A DNA stretch of 49,163 nucleotides from Octopus bimaculoides. Its lineage: Eukaryota. The position numbers were made by a program, and so were the translations under genes. The stretch spans positions 79,777,219 through 79,826,381 of the forward strand of contig NC_068991.1 of the NCBI RefSeq assembly GCF_001194135.2, in the 5' to 3' direction. Below the pieces are notes generated by a model. It saw only the letters and a list, made by a program, of their open reading frames with translations. It searched no databases and had not been told where the DNA came from. How positions within the stretch are numbered: the first letter of the stretch is position 1; each line of letters begins with the position of its first letter. This document shows positions 1-10,847 of the stretch, in pieces.

Positions 1-50
<50 letters not shown>

Positions 51-172
51 CATATGTATTTGTTTGTGTGTGTGAGCGTGCGCATTTAAATAACTACTTA
101 AGTAAGTCTAAAATTGTGCCTTCTCGTGTTTCTATAATTTATTAATGCAAAAGTTGGGACCTAGCAATTACA

Positions 173-760
173 TCATTTTTCGATATAGTCTCCTTGCTTT
201 CCGATGCACATCTTCCAGCAATCTTCAAGAAGAAGATTTTATATGTATCACTTCCTGCGCTTCTTCATTCGTATGAAACCGATGACCCCGTAAAGAACGT
301 TTGAGCGAATCAAAGAGGTCTGCACTATATTCTGGAAGGTTCGAAGCGCCCAATTTTTCCATGGGTTCAAGAGTTTGAGCGGCCGTATGTGGGTGTGCAT
401 TGGCGTGCTTTAATAATAGACATCGGCGGTTAGTGGACATTACTGATTTAAATTTGCTGCCCAGTATTTCACTGCAGCCTACACTGGTGAATGTTGACCT
501 CTTTTGTAGGTAATGTTCCAGTGTAAGTACTTTTGTGTTTCACAAAACGGATCGCTTACTTTTCTGTGGAAGATCGAGTCTGGCGAGTCAAGGTGTTTCC
601 ACTCCATATTCTGCTTTTGAATTCTAGTTCAAACTGATAGACCCTCATGTCTCTTCTTCTGTGACTATTCTTTTCAAAAAGCTTCGCCCTCTTCGTTGTA
701 GAAGATGCATTACGTGTTGACATATATCCACATAATTGCGCCACGCACTTCTCATGAGGA
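173..760 (-). pseudogene. Degenerate mariner (Tc1/mariner DD34D-type) transposase, C-terminal half
   Basis: Minus-strand translation across frameshifts gives mariner motifs in order: YNEEGEAF..RIVT..ET.VYQFE (first catalytic D region), MEWKHLDSP, LEHYLQK..T, LLLKHANAHPHTAAQT (HDNARPH-like), YSADLFDSLK.SLRGHRF (YSPDL-like), and CWKMCIGKQGDYIEK* ending at 173-175. Multiple stops and indels. Confidence 0.88.
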
Positions 761-1006
761 ATTCCGGAAGCAGCTTCGTGAGACCACTACTGAGACGCTT
801 CCGAAAAAAGAAAAGCCATTGGAAAATAGATTATAGCAGCGACTCCATCTAAGAATATCTGAAGAAGGAATTGTACTCCGAAATATCATCGGACTATAAA
901 TAACTAAAGTACAACAGGTATATAATACATTTTTTTGTATTATAGTGTATTGTTGTACCATTCAAAACTTTTTATTCTTTACAAACAATACACAGTGAAC
1001 TATAAT

Positions 1007-1101
1007 GTGAGTATTTTGCAATGTAGTACATTTATAAGATGTGGGAAAATACCGAGAAAAATTCAAGAAATTCCGATTAAAAAGTGAACTATAATGCTCT
1101 C

Positions 1102-1139
<38 letters not shown>

Positions 1140-2271
1140 NNNNNNNNNNNNNNNNNNNNNNNNNNNNNNNNNNNNNNNNNNNNNNNNNNNNNNNNNNNNN
1201 NNNNNNNNNNNNNNNNNNNNNNNNNNNNNNNNNNNNNNNNNNNNNNNNNNNNNNNNNNNNNNNNNNNNNNNNNNNNNNNNNNNNNNNNNNNNNNNNNNNN
1301 NNNNNNNNNNNNNNNNNNNNNNNNNNNNNNNNNNNNNNNNNNNNNNNNNNNNNNNNNNNNNNNNNNNNNNNNNNNNNNNNNNNNNNNNNNNNNNNNNNNN
1401 NNNNNNNNNNNNNNNNNNNNNNNNNNNNNNNNNNNNNNNNNNNNNNNNNNNNNNNNNNNNNNNNNNNNNNNNNNNNNNNNNNNNNNNNNNNNNNNNNNNN
1501 NNNNNNNNNNNNNNNNNNNNNNNNNNNNNNNNNNNNNNNNNNNNNNNNNNNNNNNNNNNNNNNNNNNNNNNNNNNNNNNNNNNNNNNNNNNNNNNNNNNN
1601 NNNNNNNNNNNNNNNNNNNNNNNNNNNNNNNNNNNNNNNNNNNNNNNNNNNNNNNNNNNNNNNNNNNNNNNNNNNNNNNNNNNNNNNNNNNNNNNNNNNN
1701 NNNNNNNNNNNNNNNNNNNNNNNNNNNNNNNNNNNNNNNNNNNNNNNNNNNNNNNNNNNNNNNNNNNNNNNNNNNNNNNNNNNNNNNNNNNNNNNNNNNN
1801 NNNNNNNNNNNNNNNNNNNNNNNNNNNNNNNNNNNNNNNNNNNNNNNNNNNNNNNNNNNNNNNNNNNNNNNNNNNNNNNNNNNNNNNNNNNNNNNNNNNN
1901 NNNNNNNNNNNNNNNNNNNNNNNNNNNNNNNNNNNNNNNNNNNNNNNNNNNNNNNNNNNNNNNNNNNNNNNNNNNNNNNNNNNNNNNNNNNNNNNNNNNN
2001 NNNNNNNNNNNNTATATATAGTTTTATGGAATTAGTGGAGCTCATTATTTTACCAATCTGATGTTTTTGATTTCCTGTATTTTCAACATTTGTTTCAGAT
2101 ATATATCTTAAGAACTCTGTCATTGTCATTTTTGTTTTAAAAGAAAGCATTTAATTATATATTTGTCGGGTCGGAGTTTCAAAAGAGTTGCCTTCTATAA
2201 ATCGGAATTTCTTGAATTTTTCTCGGTATTTTCCCACATCTTATAAATGTACTACATTGCAAAATACTCAC
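1007..2271. repeat. Perfect 72-bp inverted repeat pair (1007-1078 / 2200-2271)
   Basis: gtgagtattttgcaatgtagtacatttataagatgtgggaaaataccgagaaaaattcaagaaattccgatt is the exact reverse complement of 2200-2271. The left copy lies between direct repeats of agtgaactataatg (994-1007 and 1083-1096). Confidence 0.92.
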
Positions 2272-2726
2272 AAACGGAGTTTGTTTAAAATAAACCTCTT
2301 TAATCCATATTTCTCAAATGTCTATCTACATCCTTATCTTACCTTTGGAACCCAGCAACTACTATTTGTTTTCATCTTGTAGAGCTCCACATTTGAAAGA
2401 CTCGTAATTAACTTTTACAGAATTTGGGAAGGCTGTCATACATAAATCGGAATTTCTCGTTTCTACATTTTTGTCGGTATTTTAACCTTGAATAAAGATA
2501 GTTTTTCCTTTAAAAATGCGTACTGCATGTATTTCAAAATGTGGATTGCTGCTATTGTGCGACATACACAGAACAACCAAGTAAGAGGAATTCCCGTTGA
2601 CAATAACATGATTGTTTCTTGGCTTTCGTTTGATCCGTCAAAGATTAACGTTTGGTTCCACACCGATTATTTGTAGCACAACTAGACATCGATACGAAAA
2701 TGTAGGCAGTATCTCGTTTTTGAGCG

Positions 2727-2806
2727 GTCGATGGGACACTGTCGATGGGATACTGTCGATGGGGCACTGTCGATGGGACACTGTCGATGGGACACTGTCG
2801 ATGGGA
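2727..2806. repeat. 14-bp minisatellite (gtcgatgggacact) x~5.7
   Basis: Directly visible tandem units with single substitutions. Confidence 0.95.
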
Positions 2807-3521
2807 AGTTCTCATCACTGCTCTAGTTTAGTGAACATGTTATGCCTAGTTTCTTTGCACACGTTGCAAATAATTTAAGTGGTAGACTTAACAAATCGTT
2901 AAAACAGCAGTAAATAAAAGCAAGGTATATGTTCCCAATTCTCCACTGTTTTAACAGCTCTGCAATGAGAATGATAAAGATTTATAAGTATTTTTCTTAC
3001 ATACAGAAGTTCGATGAGTAGAAAAGATTATGGGAGTGGTGAAGGGGAATCTGCGCAGAGATGAGTATGGTGTGAACGACAGAGGTGTTTTGGTACGAGA
3101 AGACAGGTACATGGTGGTGATGGATGTAATCGGAGAAGTTGTAAAAGAAAGACAAATGATATGGATAAGAGGTACTCTGCCATCGGTGGTGGAGTATGAG
3201 GACATAAGATGAATGACTAATTTAAAAGAGAAAAACTCTAAAATTATTATTGTGAATGTTTAATTGTAAAAAGAAAAGACTGGGTAAAAAATGGAAAAAA
3301 TGTGTTAATGTGAATTTCAAATTGTAAAAATGAAAGAGAAAAGACTATTTAAAAATGATGTATCAATGTAAAAACTCGACTTCGGAGGTCGAGTGCACAT
3401 TACGCCTCATTTTTCATTTCTTTCATACTAACATTCTCGTTTCTTTATTTTTTTAATTTTAGTCGTGTTGTATATAAAGTCGTTGACCCAAATTTGTTTG
3501 TTCTATAATTAATGCTTTTAC

Positions 3522-3600
<79 letters not shown>

Positions 3601-3642
3601 ATAGATATTGTTATACTTCGAGACGGTCATTACTTTCAAAAT

Positions 3643-4511
3643 ATTTTACATAAGGAGTCTTTGCTAAACAAATTCATAATCGTACTCACACACACATTTA
3701 TATATATTTGTATATACTTAGGTATGTATACATGTACGCTCATTCATACGCACACAGGCGTGAACGCGCGCGTACACACACACACACACATAAGGTGAAA
3801 ATACAATTGCTCTACATTTTCTAAATGGCCAACTGTTCAACAGATGGTACAACTTACTTAGCTTTACATACCTTACGACGTATGTATCTTTTACCTTTTT
3901 GTTTTAATCAGTTTTAGATGATTCTACTACCAATACGCTATCGATCAGGTTTTTGATTAAAATTCCTAAATATCAGAAACATAGAAACAAGATTAACGAA
4001 CGAAGAACTGGTTTCATTTTATTGCCAAATAAAACACACACACACTATATATTCGTTCTTCACCCATTTATTTTTGTTCTTATTTTATCTTATGTCCATT
4101 GTCTGGAAATCGTTCCTCACACAACTGTGACCTCTTCAGTGACTTTTCCATCCACGCATATCCTTCTGTTCTGTTTAGTCCATATCTGTTCCATCACGAT
4201 TTTACATTAGGAGTCTTTGCTAAACAAATTCATAATCGTACTCACACACACACTTATATATATTTGTATATATTTAGGTATGTATACATGTACGCTCATT
4301 GATATGCACACAGGCGTGCACGCGCGCATACACACACACACATACTCATAAGGTGATAATACAATTGCTCTAGATTTTCTAAATGGCCAACTGTTCAACA
4401 GATGGTACAACTTACTTAGCTTTACATACCTTACGACGTATGTAACTTTTACCTTTTTGTTTTAATCTGTTTTAGATGATTCTACTGCCAATACGCTATC
4501 GATCTGGTTTT
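3643..4511. repeat. Local direct duplication, ~310 bp (3643-3953 and 4199-4511)
   Basis: The copies align from attttaca-t(a/t)aggagtctttgctaaac to caatacgctatcgatc, with scattered substitutions and different CA-tract lengths. About 245 bp of unique spacer; period 556 bp. Confidence 0.93.
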
Positions 4512-5144
4512 ATATCATAAAAAATTTACTTGTCGTTCGAATGAAATAAATCATTAGATATAGCCTTCACATTTCAATATAAATATTGAATTTTACGTAT
4601 ATACGATACATCAAAATCACCGCCGGCACTGCAACGAAGAAAGGCATGAATGTCACATCTTTTCAGCAAACTTCCCAATAAATTTATAGCATTGTCACAA
4701 AATAATATATCAATATTTAACAAGCAGGCGAATATAACCGAATTGCGAATGTCTATTACCTTAGAAATGCCTTTCCTATTAACTCACCTTGTTTCACCCA
4801 AAATCTTATTAATGAGATTTTATAGACACTTGATAAAATATGATTGCTACAAGGCAATTTATTGTCTACTTTAGAAATACATCTCAGCTAACCAGAAGCC
4901 CAGTTTTCTCTCAATTTATAGAACCCATAGGCATGAATACACACACACACATATATATTTATGAACATACGTGTATACTTACATATACATACATGTATAC
5001 TTACATATACATATATTTATACATATATACTTACATATATATGTATAAATGTGTGTGTGAGAGAGAGTGTGTGTGTGTGTCCGTGCGCGCGCGCGTAATT
5101 GTGTGTGTGTGTGTGTGTGTGTGTCCGTGCGCGTATGTATAAGT

Positions 5145-5300
5145 TAGTGACTTAATGGTCAGGGTGTTGTACCGAAAATCGGAAAACTTTGGTTTCGACG
5201 CCTGTACCGCTTGAATCGTTGTGATATTAAAGAGAACATTTCATTTCATGCAGTTTCTTTGGACCAAGCTTTCAAAAGAAACAATGGCGTATGACGGATT
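5145..5300 (+). mobile_element. Highly degraded tRNA-derived SINE (same family as 34415-34605)
   Basis: ttaatggtcagggtgttg (A-box-like) and ggtttcgacgcc (B-box-like), followed by a gttgtg...catttcatttcatg body that aligns loosely with 34415-34605. Confidence 0.45.
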
Positions 5301-5533
5301 CGCGCCCCATCCAATACAAGGCTATATATACTACACAAAATCTAGAAGGCCGAAAATCATATTTTTAAACCTTAACCTAATAAATCCCGTCTCTCTCTCT
5401 CTCTCTCTCTCTCTCTCCTTCGCTCTCTCTCTCTCTCTCTCTTTCNNNNNNNNNNNNNNNNNNNNNNNNNNNNNNNNNNNNNNNNNNNNNNNNNNNNNNN
5501 NNNNNNNNNNNNNNNNNNNNNNNNNNNNNNNNN

Positions 5534-5571
<38 letters not shown>

Positions 5572-5667
5572 AGAGTGTGTGTGTGCGTGTGTGTGTATGC
5601 GTGTGTGTGCGTGTGTGTGTGTATGTGTGCGTGTATGTGTGTTTGTGTGTGTGTGTGTGTATAGTTG

Positions 5668-5820
5668 GAATTTAGAAAAGGAAACAAAAACAAAAGACGA
5701 AGACGAGTGTGTAAACAACAAACAGATGTATTGGTTTAATGCTCGGGACGTGAGAAAGCCTTTTACGTTTCGAGCCTACGCTCTTCAACAGAAAGGAACA
5801 CAGAAATAAGTAGAGAGAAT
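5668..5820 (-). mobile_element. Penelope-like element terminal (pseudo-LTR-like) fragment, copy 1
   Basis: Reverse complement reads tttctgtgttcctttctgttgaagagcgtaggctcgaaacgtaaaag...aatacatctg...gtcttcgtcttttg and aligns with 7520-7690. The ..GAAGAG-stem-CGAAACG motif is typical of Penelope-type termini. The family assignment is from recall. Confidence 0.55.
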
Positions 5821-5830
5821 NNNNNNNNNN

Positions 5831-5873
<43 letters not shown>

Positions 5874-6966
5874 CCGTGCATATATAGTGTGTCGCAATGC
5901 ACCTCTCGTTAAACTTAAGCTAAATCTATCATCTATCATTTAGTAAAATCAATACTATTCTTTGTCAGTTTCCATTTGCGTTTTGTGTGTTTTGATGTTC
6001 TTTGTTCAAACTCCAATCAAGTTGACTTTGTTTTCCATACTTTTGATATCGATGAAATAAATTTCACCTGAACACTGAGGTCGATATAATCGAGTAGTTT
6101 GTCCTGTTAAATTTGAGGCATTGTGCCGATAGTAAAAAGAATATGTTGTATTGCTGTGCAGATATACTTGGAGAATAACTGTAAGAATTAGTATTATGTA
6201 GAAAAGAATTTAGAAACTCAGTCATTTTTTTTTCTTAAGTATTATATCGCTCTTCAATGGTTGTTCCAATTTAGATTGTACTATCAGCATTTTGTCCAAT
6301 TCTCAAGTTTGAAATGAGTTTTTCAAGTTTGAAATTAATTTAAATGCTTCTTAAGTCGATTCTACATCCAACACAAACCTCTTATATATTTGTATATTCG
6401 GTCACATATTCAGAGTTTTAATTTCCGATGATATTATTTGCATATATATTTTCTCATTGGTTTTAGAAGTTCATTCGCTAAAATATAGAAGCTACCTAGA
6501 CTTTGAATTTGTTACATACATATCGAAATATCACCTCAGGGACTCTGTATTTTTGTTTACGCATCTCCTCCACTATTTATTTCTATTCACAAAGTGTCTA
6601 CTCAAACTCATTCAACCTGATTAATAACAAATCTTCCCTAACATTCTGCACCATAAAAGTCGCACAACAAATTTAACAAAACTCTCATAACTTGTTATTT
6701 TTGGTTAAATCAGCATTCAAAAGTTATATCGTTATTTTAACGAAACAATTATTTTCTTCGTTTTCCATATATTGTACAAATAAAATTTGTGTATGCATTT
6801 ATCTCAAAATAGAAGATAGCGGATTCCTTCTGGCATCTTTCGAGAATTTGCTCCCCATTCTTCATCTTTATTCATTATATTCGTCGTTATATTATTTATT
6901 TAGTTTTAAAAATATATTTCTAAATACACAACCACACATATAATATGTATATGCAAGAATGATATA

Positions 6967-7469
6967 CTAGCTGTTGGACCCGGCGTTGCTCGTCTTTTCC
7001 ACTTTTGACCTTGTATTGAAATCTATGTTCCCCGTGCCAACTATTTCCCATTAAGATGTTATATCTGGTTCGGCAAGGGGTATACCCGGTTAACGCTTTT
7101 GACATACTCCTACATACTGGACTGTCAGAAATCGCAAGTCAAACTTTTGGGTGAACATCGAACCTTTGAGAGTGATATTTGTTTCTCTCCCCTTAATGCC
7201 ATCCTCTGTAAAAAATTGATCGGCCTCTCCAATCTCAACAAAATCCGAAGAATAGTGTTGAGGTTATGTCCTAAAATAGAATCCATGTGACCATTTACAT
7301 GAAAATATAAAAGTTACGGCCAAAAATAAAATCCCTATGACTATTTGCACGCAAAAGTCGATAATTGTGCTCAGGAAATTTCGATTTTTTCTCAACGCCT
7401 TATACTGACGTCAACTCACTGGCATATATCTATCAGATATAGTTATCTGTCTATATATAGACAAATAGA
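6967..7469 (-). mobile_element. Non-autonomous Helitron-like element (~500 bp)
   Basis: The minus strand starts A|TCTATTTGTCTATATATAG (5' TC at 7469-7468). It ends with an imperfect GC-rich hairpin CGAGCAACGCCGGGT followed by CCAACAG-CTAG|T (CTAG at 6967-6970). The insertion lies between A and T with no TSD, matching canonical Helitron termini. Confidence 0.65.
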
Positions 7470-7519
7470 TATATATATGACACTTCTGTCCCGCATTCGC
7501 CATGATACTTCGCTAACCA

Positions 7520-7690
7520 TTACACTTTTCTTTTCTCTCCTTGTTTCTTTCTGTGTTCCTTTCTGTGGAAGAGCGTAGGCTCGAAACGTTAAAGATTTTT
7601 TCAATTCCCTAGCGTTATACTAATACATCTGTTCGTTTTCTACACCACCTGTCTTCGTCTTTTGTTTTTTTTTTGTGAATTCTCATGCAT
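7520..7690 (+). mobile_element. Penelope-like element terminal fragment, copy 2
   Basis: tttctgtgttcctttctgtggaagagcgtaggctcgaaacgttaaaga...aatacatctg...gtcttcgtcttttg, homologous to 5668-5820 in the opposite orientation. Confidence 0.55.
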
Positions 7691-8604
7691 ATATATANNN
7701 NNNNNNNNNNNNNNNNNNNNNNNNNNNNNNNNNNNNNNNNNNNNNNNNNNNNNNNNNNNNNNNNNNNNNNNNNNNNNNNNNNNNNNNNNNNNNNNNNNNN
7801 NNNNNNNNNNNNNNNNNNNNNNNNNNNNNNNNNNNNNNNNNNNNNNNNNNNNNNNNNNNNNNNNNNNNNNNNNNNNNNNNNNNNNNNNNNNNNNNNNNNN
7901 NNNNNNNNNNNNNNNNNNNNNNNNNNNNNNNNNNNNNNNNNNNNNNNNNNNNNNNNNNNNNNNNNNNNNNNNNNNNNNNNNNNNNNNNNNNNNNNNNNNN
8001 NNNNNNNNNNNNNNNNNNNNNNNNNNNNNNNNNNNNNNNNNNNNNNNNNNNNNNNNNNNNNNNNNNNNNNNNNNNNNNNNNNNNNNNNNNNNNNTATATA
8101 TATATATATTTATATATATGTATATGTATGCATATATGTATACATACATGCATACAAACATACAAATAAGTGCACATGTTATCACAAGAATCATAGCAAA
8201 TATGGAAGATACAAGAGGTAATGCAATCTCGCATGTCGCGTTAGCAACCGATTTTATTTTTAATTTAGTTTTTGTTCTTCTTTGTCTTATTATTCGATTA
8301 TTGATATTTAACGCACGGAAAACAAACCTGTATTTTCGGTACGGAGTTACTTCATTTCGAAGCATATTTTTTAGTCTCTAGACAAAAGTATCCAAGATGC
8401 TATTTCTTTTTTTCCTTCGAAATCTGTAACTACGTAAAGTCATCTTTTATAGAGGTTATATACCAAGATCGATATGAATTAATATTTGTTTCTTATTGTT
8501 TCCGGAACCAAATTAGATTCTTTCGTTCCATATATCTACGTTTGAGTGTTTGTGTTAGTATGTGTGTGTCGCGGGTTGTGTATTTGTGTCCGTGTTGTTT
8601 GTGT

Positions 8605-8735
8605 GCGCGAAGAATGGCTGTGTGGTAAGTAGCTTGTTTACCAACCACATGTTCCGGGTTCGGTTCCACTGCGTGACACCTTGAGTAAGACTCTTCTACT
8701 TAAGCCTGGTAGATGGAAACTGAAAGAAACCCGTC

Positions 8736-8815
<80 letters not shown>

Positions 8816-8827
8816 GACGGGTTTCAC

Positions 8828-8879
<52 letters not shown>

Positions 8880-9071
8880 GTGTTTGTCCCTCCACCATCG
8901 CTTGACAACCGATGCTGGTGAATTTACGTCCCTGTATCCTAATGGTTCGGCAAAGGAGGCCGATAGAATAAGTACCAGGCTTACAAGGAATAAATTATGG
9001 GGTCAATTTGCTCGACTAAAGGCAGTGCTCCAGCATGGCCGCAGTCAAGTGACTGAAACAAATAAAAGAAT
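8605..9071 (+). mobile_element. tRNA-derived SINE with internal (TA)n/(TG)n tract (family S2), with an internal deletion
   Basis: Head tggctgtgtggtaag (A box) ... gggttcggttcc (B box), then ggtagatggaaactgaaagaaacccgtcg, a microsatellite, and a 3' half ...gatagaataagtacc...gtgctccagcatggccgcagtcaagtgactgaaacaaataaaag. Homologous pieces at 24627, 25641 and 31062. Confidence 0.85.
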
Positions 9072-9081
9072 ATATTTATGT

Positions 9082-9187
9082 CGAAGAGAGATGAGAGAGA
9101 GAGAGAGAGAGACATGAGAGAAAGAGAAAGAGAGACATGAGAGAAAGAGAGAGAGAGAGACATGAGAGAGAGACATGAGAGAGAGAC

Positions 9188-9222
<35 letters not shown>
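9082..9222. repeat. (GA)n microsatellite with recurrent CAT interruptions
   Basis: Repeated gagagagacatga units. Confidence 0.9.
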
Positions 9223-9225
<3 letters not shown>

Positions 9226-10489
9226 TGTATAAGCTTGCTATGACATTTAGTTACATGCATTGCAAGACAAGATTCTCTTTCTGAAACAATTTTTCATTGA
9301 ATTAATCCGCCGGTGTTGACTATACACGGCAGTGTATGGGTGGAAATATGCGCATGTGTAGTGATGGCTACAATTCTTACGGACCAAAAGCATCGGTTGG
9401 AATGTGTCACACACTAATTTAGACAGTCAGCAATCTTTCACATTCTTAACTTTATCTAACCTTACGCTACTCTGAATCCTTGTTCACGTTAATCTTAGTT
9501 TTTCTTCTTTGCTACGACATGTTTACCAAAACATGCTGCAGAATAGATAACATATTCTATTAACTTTGATAATTAAAATGCCAAAACGTGTTGCAGAACG
9601 TGCTGCATATTTAATTAATTTTGTTTCGAAAATTCTTTAATATGACGCACATTCATGTTTAATAGAAAGTATTTACAAATTTACGGAGCATCTCCATATA
9701 TAAAGTGCTTTGTATGTAAGACGAGTATGGTAACCCTACATTAAAGCGAATTTTATTGATGTTCAATATTTAAACTACAGCCGATCATGTTTAAAGTAAA
9801 GTTTACTTAAGTTCAAGTAATATGCATGCATAAATACATCGTGAAGGTTTGCTGTAATTTGTGAAATAACTGTTCCTGATTTGAACTTTACCATTTACGG
9901 TCTCCGCCTTTTTTATTGCCTCTTCGTTGGTTTTTTAATGTGGCGTCTGTTTTTATTGTTTCTTACTTTCTTGACATTTTACAAAAGGGACTAGCTTTCT
10001 CATATATACCCACTCCCACTTATTTGTTAAATATATCATATAAAATGCATAATGTATTGTTTTATTCTCAAGGAAGTGGTATTAATTTATCACTTTCTGT
10101 TTTATAATTTTCATGCCCTTCCCTTTGTATTTATTTTGTAATCGACCACGAGGCCTTATATTTGATACCACACTGACTTATGTAAGGCTATTAGGATTTT
10201 ATACAATCTTGGATTAACCCATGCAACGTGAACTGAATTGGTTAAACGAGAAACGTATAAAAGTTATAGGTATTGTACTTGTTATTCACAAGGAAAAGCC
10301 TCTCTCGTAAAGTGTCACACTGGTGCCGCCAGCGGATTGCTTGACTAGTACATGTGTCTGATTCAGTTGGTTCTAAAATTGAATCCACATTGCTGAACGA
10401 CGAGATCCACCACCATCATATGATATAAAGTTGAAAAGAGGACATTGTCATTTCATGGCTGGGGTCGGGTGCTTGATTGGAAGTATCAT

Positions 10490-10640
10490 TTGAGAGTCAG
10501 ACTAAGAGTCTTTCGTCAGTTGTTCTGACATTTTAGGTTTATGGGTTCAAATCCCACGAAGAGTAATTCTGCCATTTCGCCGGGCGGCTTTGATACAGTC
10601 AAGTATCAGTAAAGTACTGGAGTCGTTTTACTCCACCTCA
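10490..10640 (+). mobile_element. Degraded SINE remnant (family S1-like)
   Basis: gggttcaaatccc B-box followed by caagtatcagtaaagtactggagtcg, resembling the aagtaccagtt..cactggggtcg segment of 47641-47870. Confidence 0.4.
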
Positions 10641-10704
10641 CCCACATACATCCATAAATTTCTGTCTTGATGATTGTGGTACAAAACAGAAACTTCTTAC
10701 CACC

Positions 10705-10847
10705 CAGCCACATCTGCGCACACAGCTACGCCTGCGCCCATAGCTACGCCTGCGCTCATAGCTACGCCTGCGCCCATAGCTTCGCCTGCGCCCATAGACA
10801 CGTCTGCGCCTATAGCCACATCTGCGCCTATAGCCTCGTCTGCGCCA
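10705..10847. repeat. GC-rich 18-bp minisatellite (agctacgcctgcgcccat) x8
   Basis: Eight visible units. The unit length is a multiple of 3, which explains the three overlapping short ORFs. Confidence 0.95.

Noticed and set aside
2727-2806. CRISPR-like array
   Set aside because: The units are contiguous with no spacers and the context is eukaryotic. The same applies to 10705-10847.
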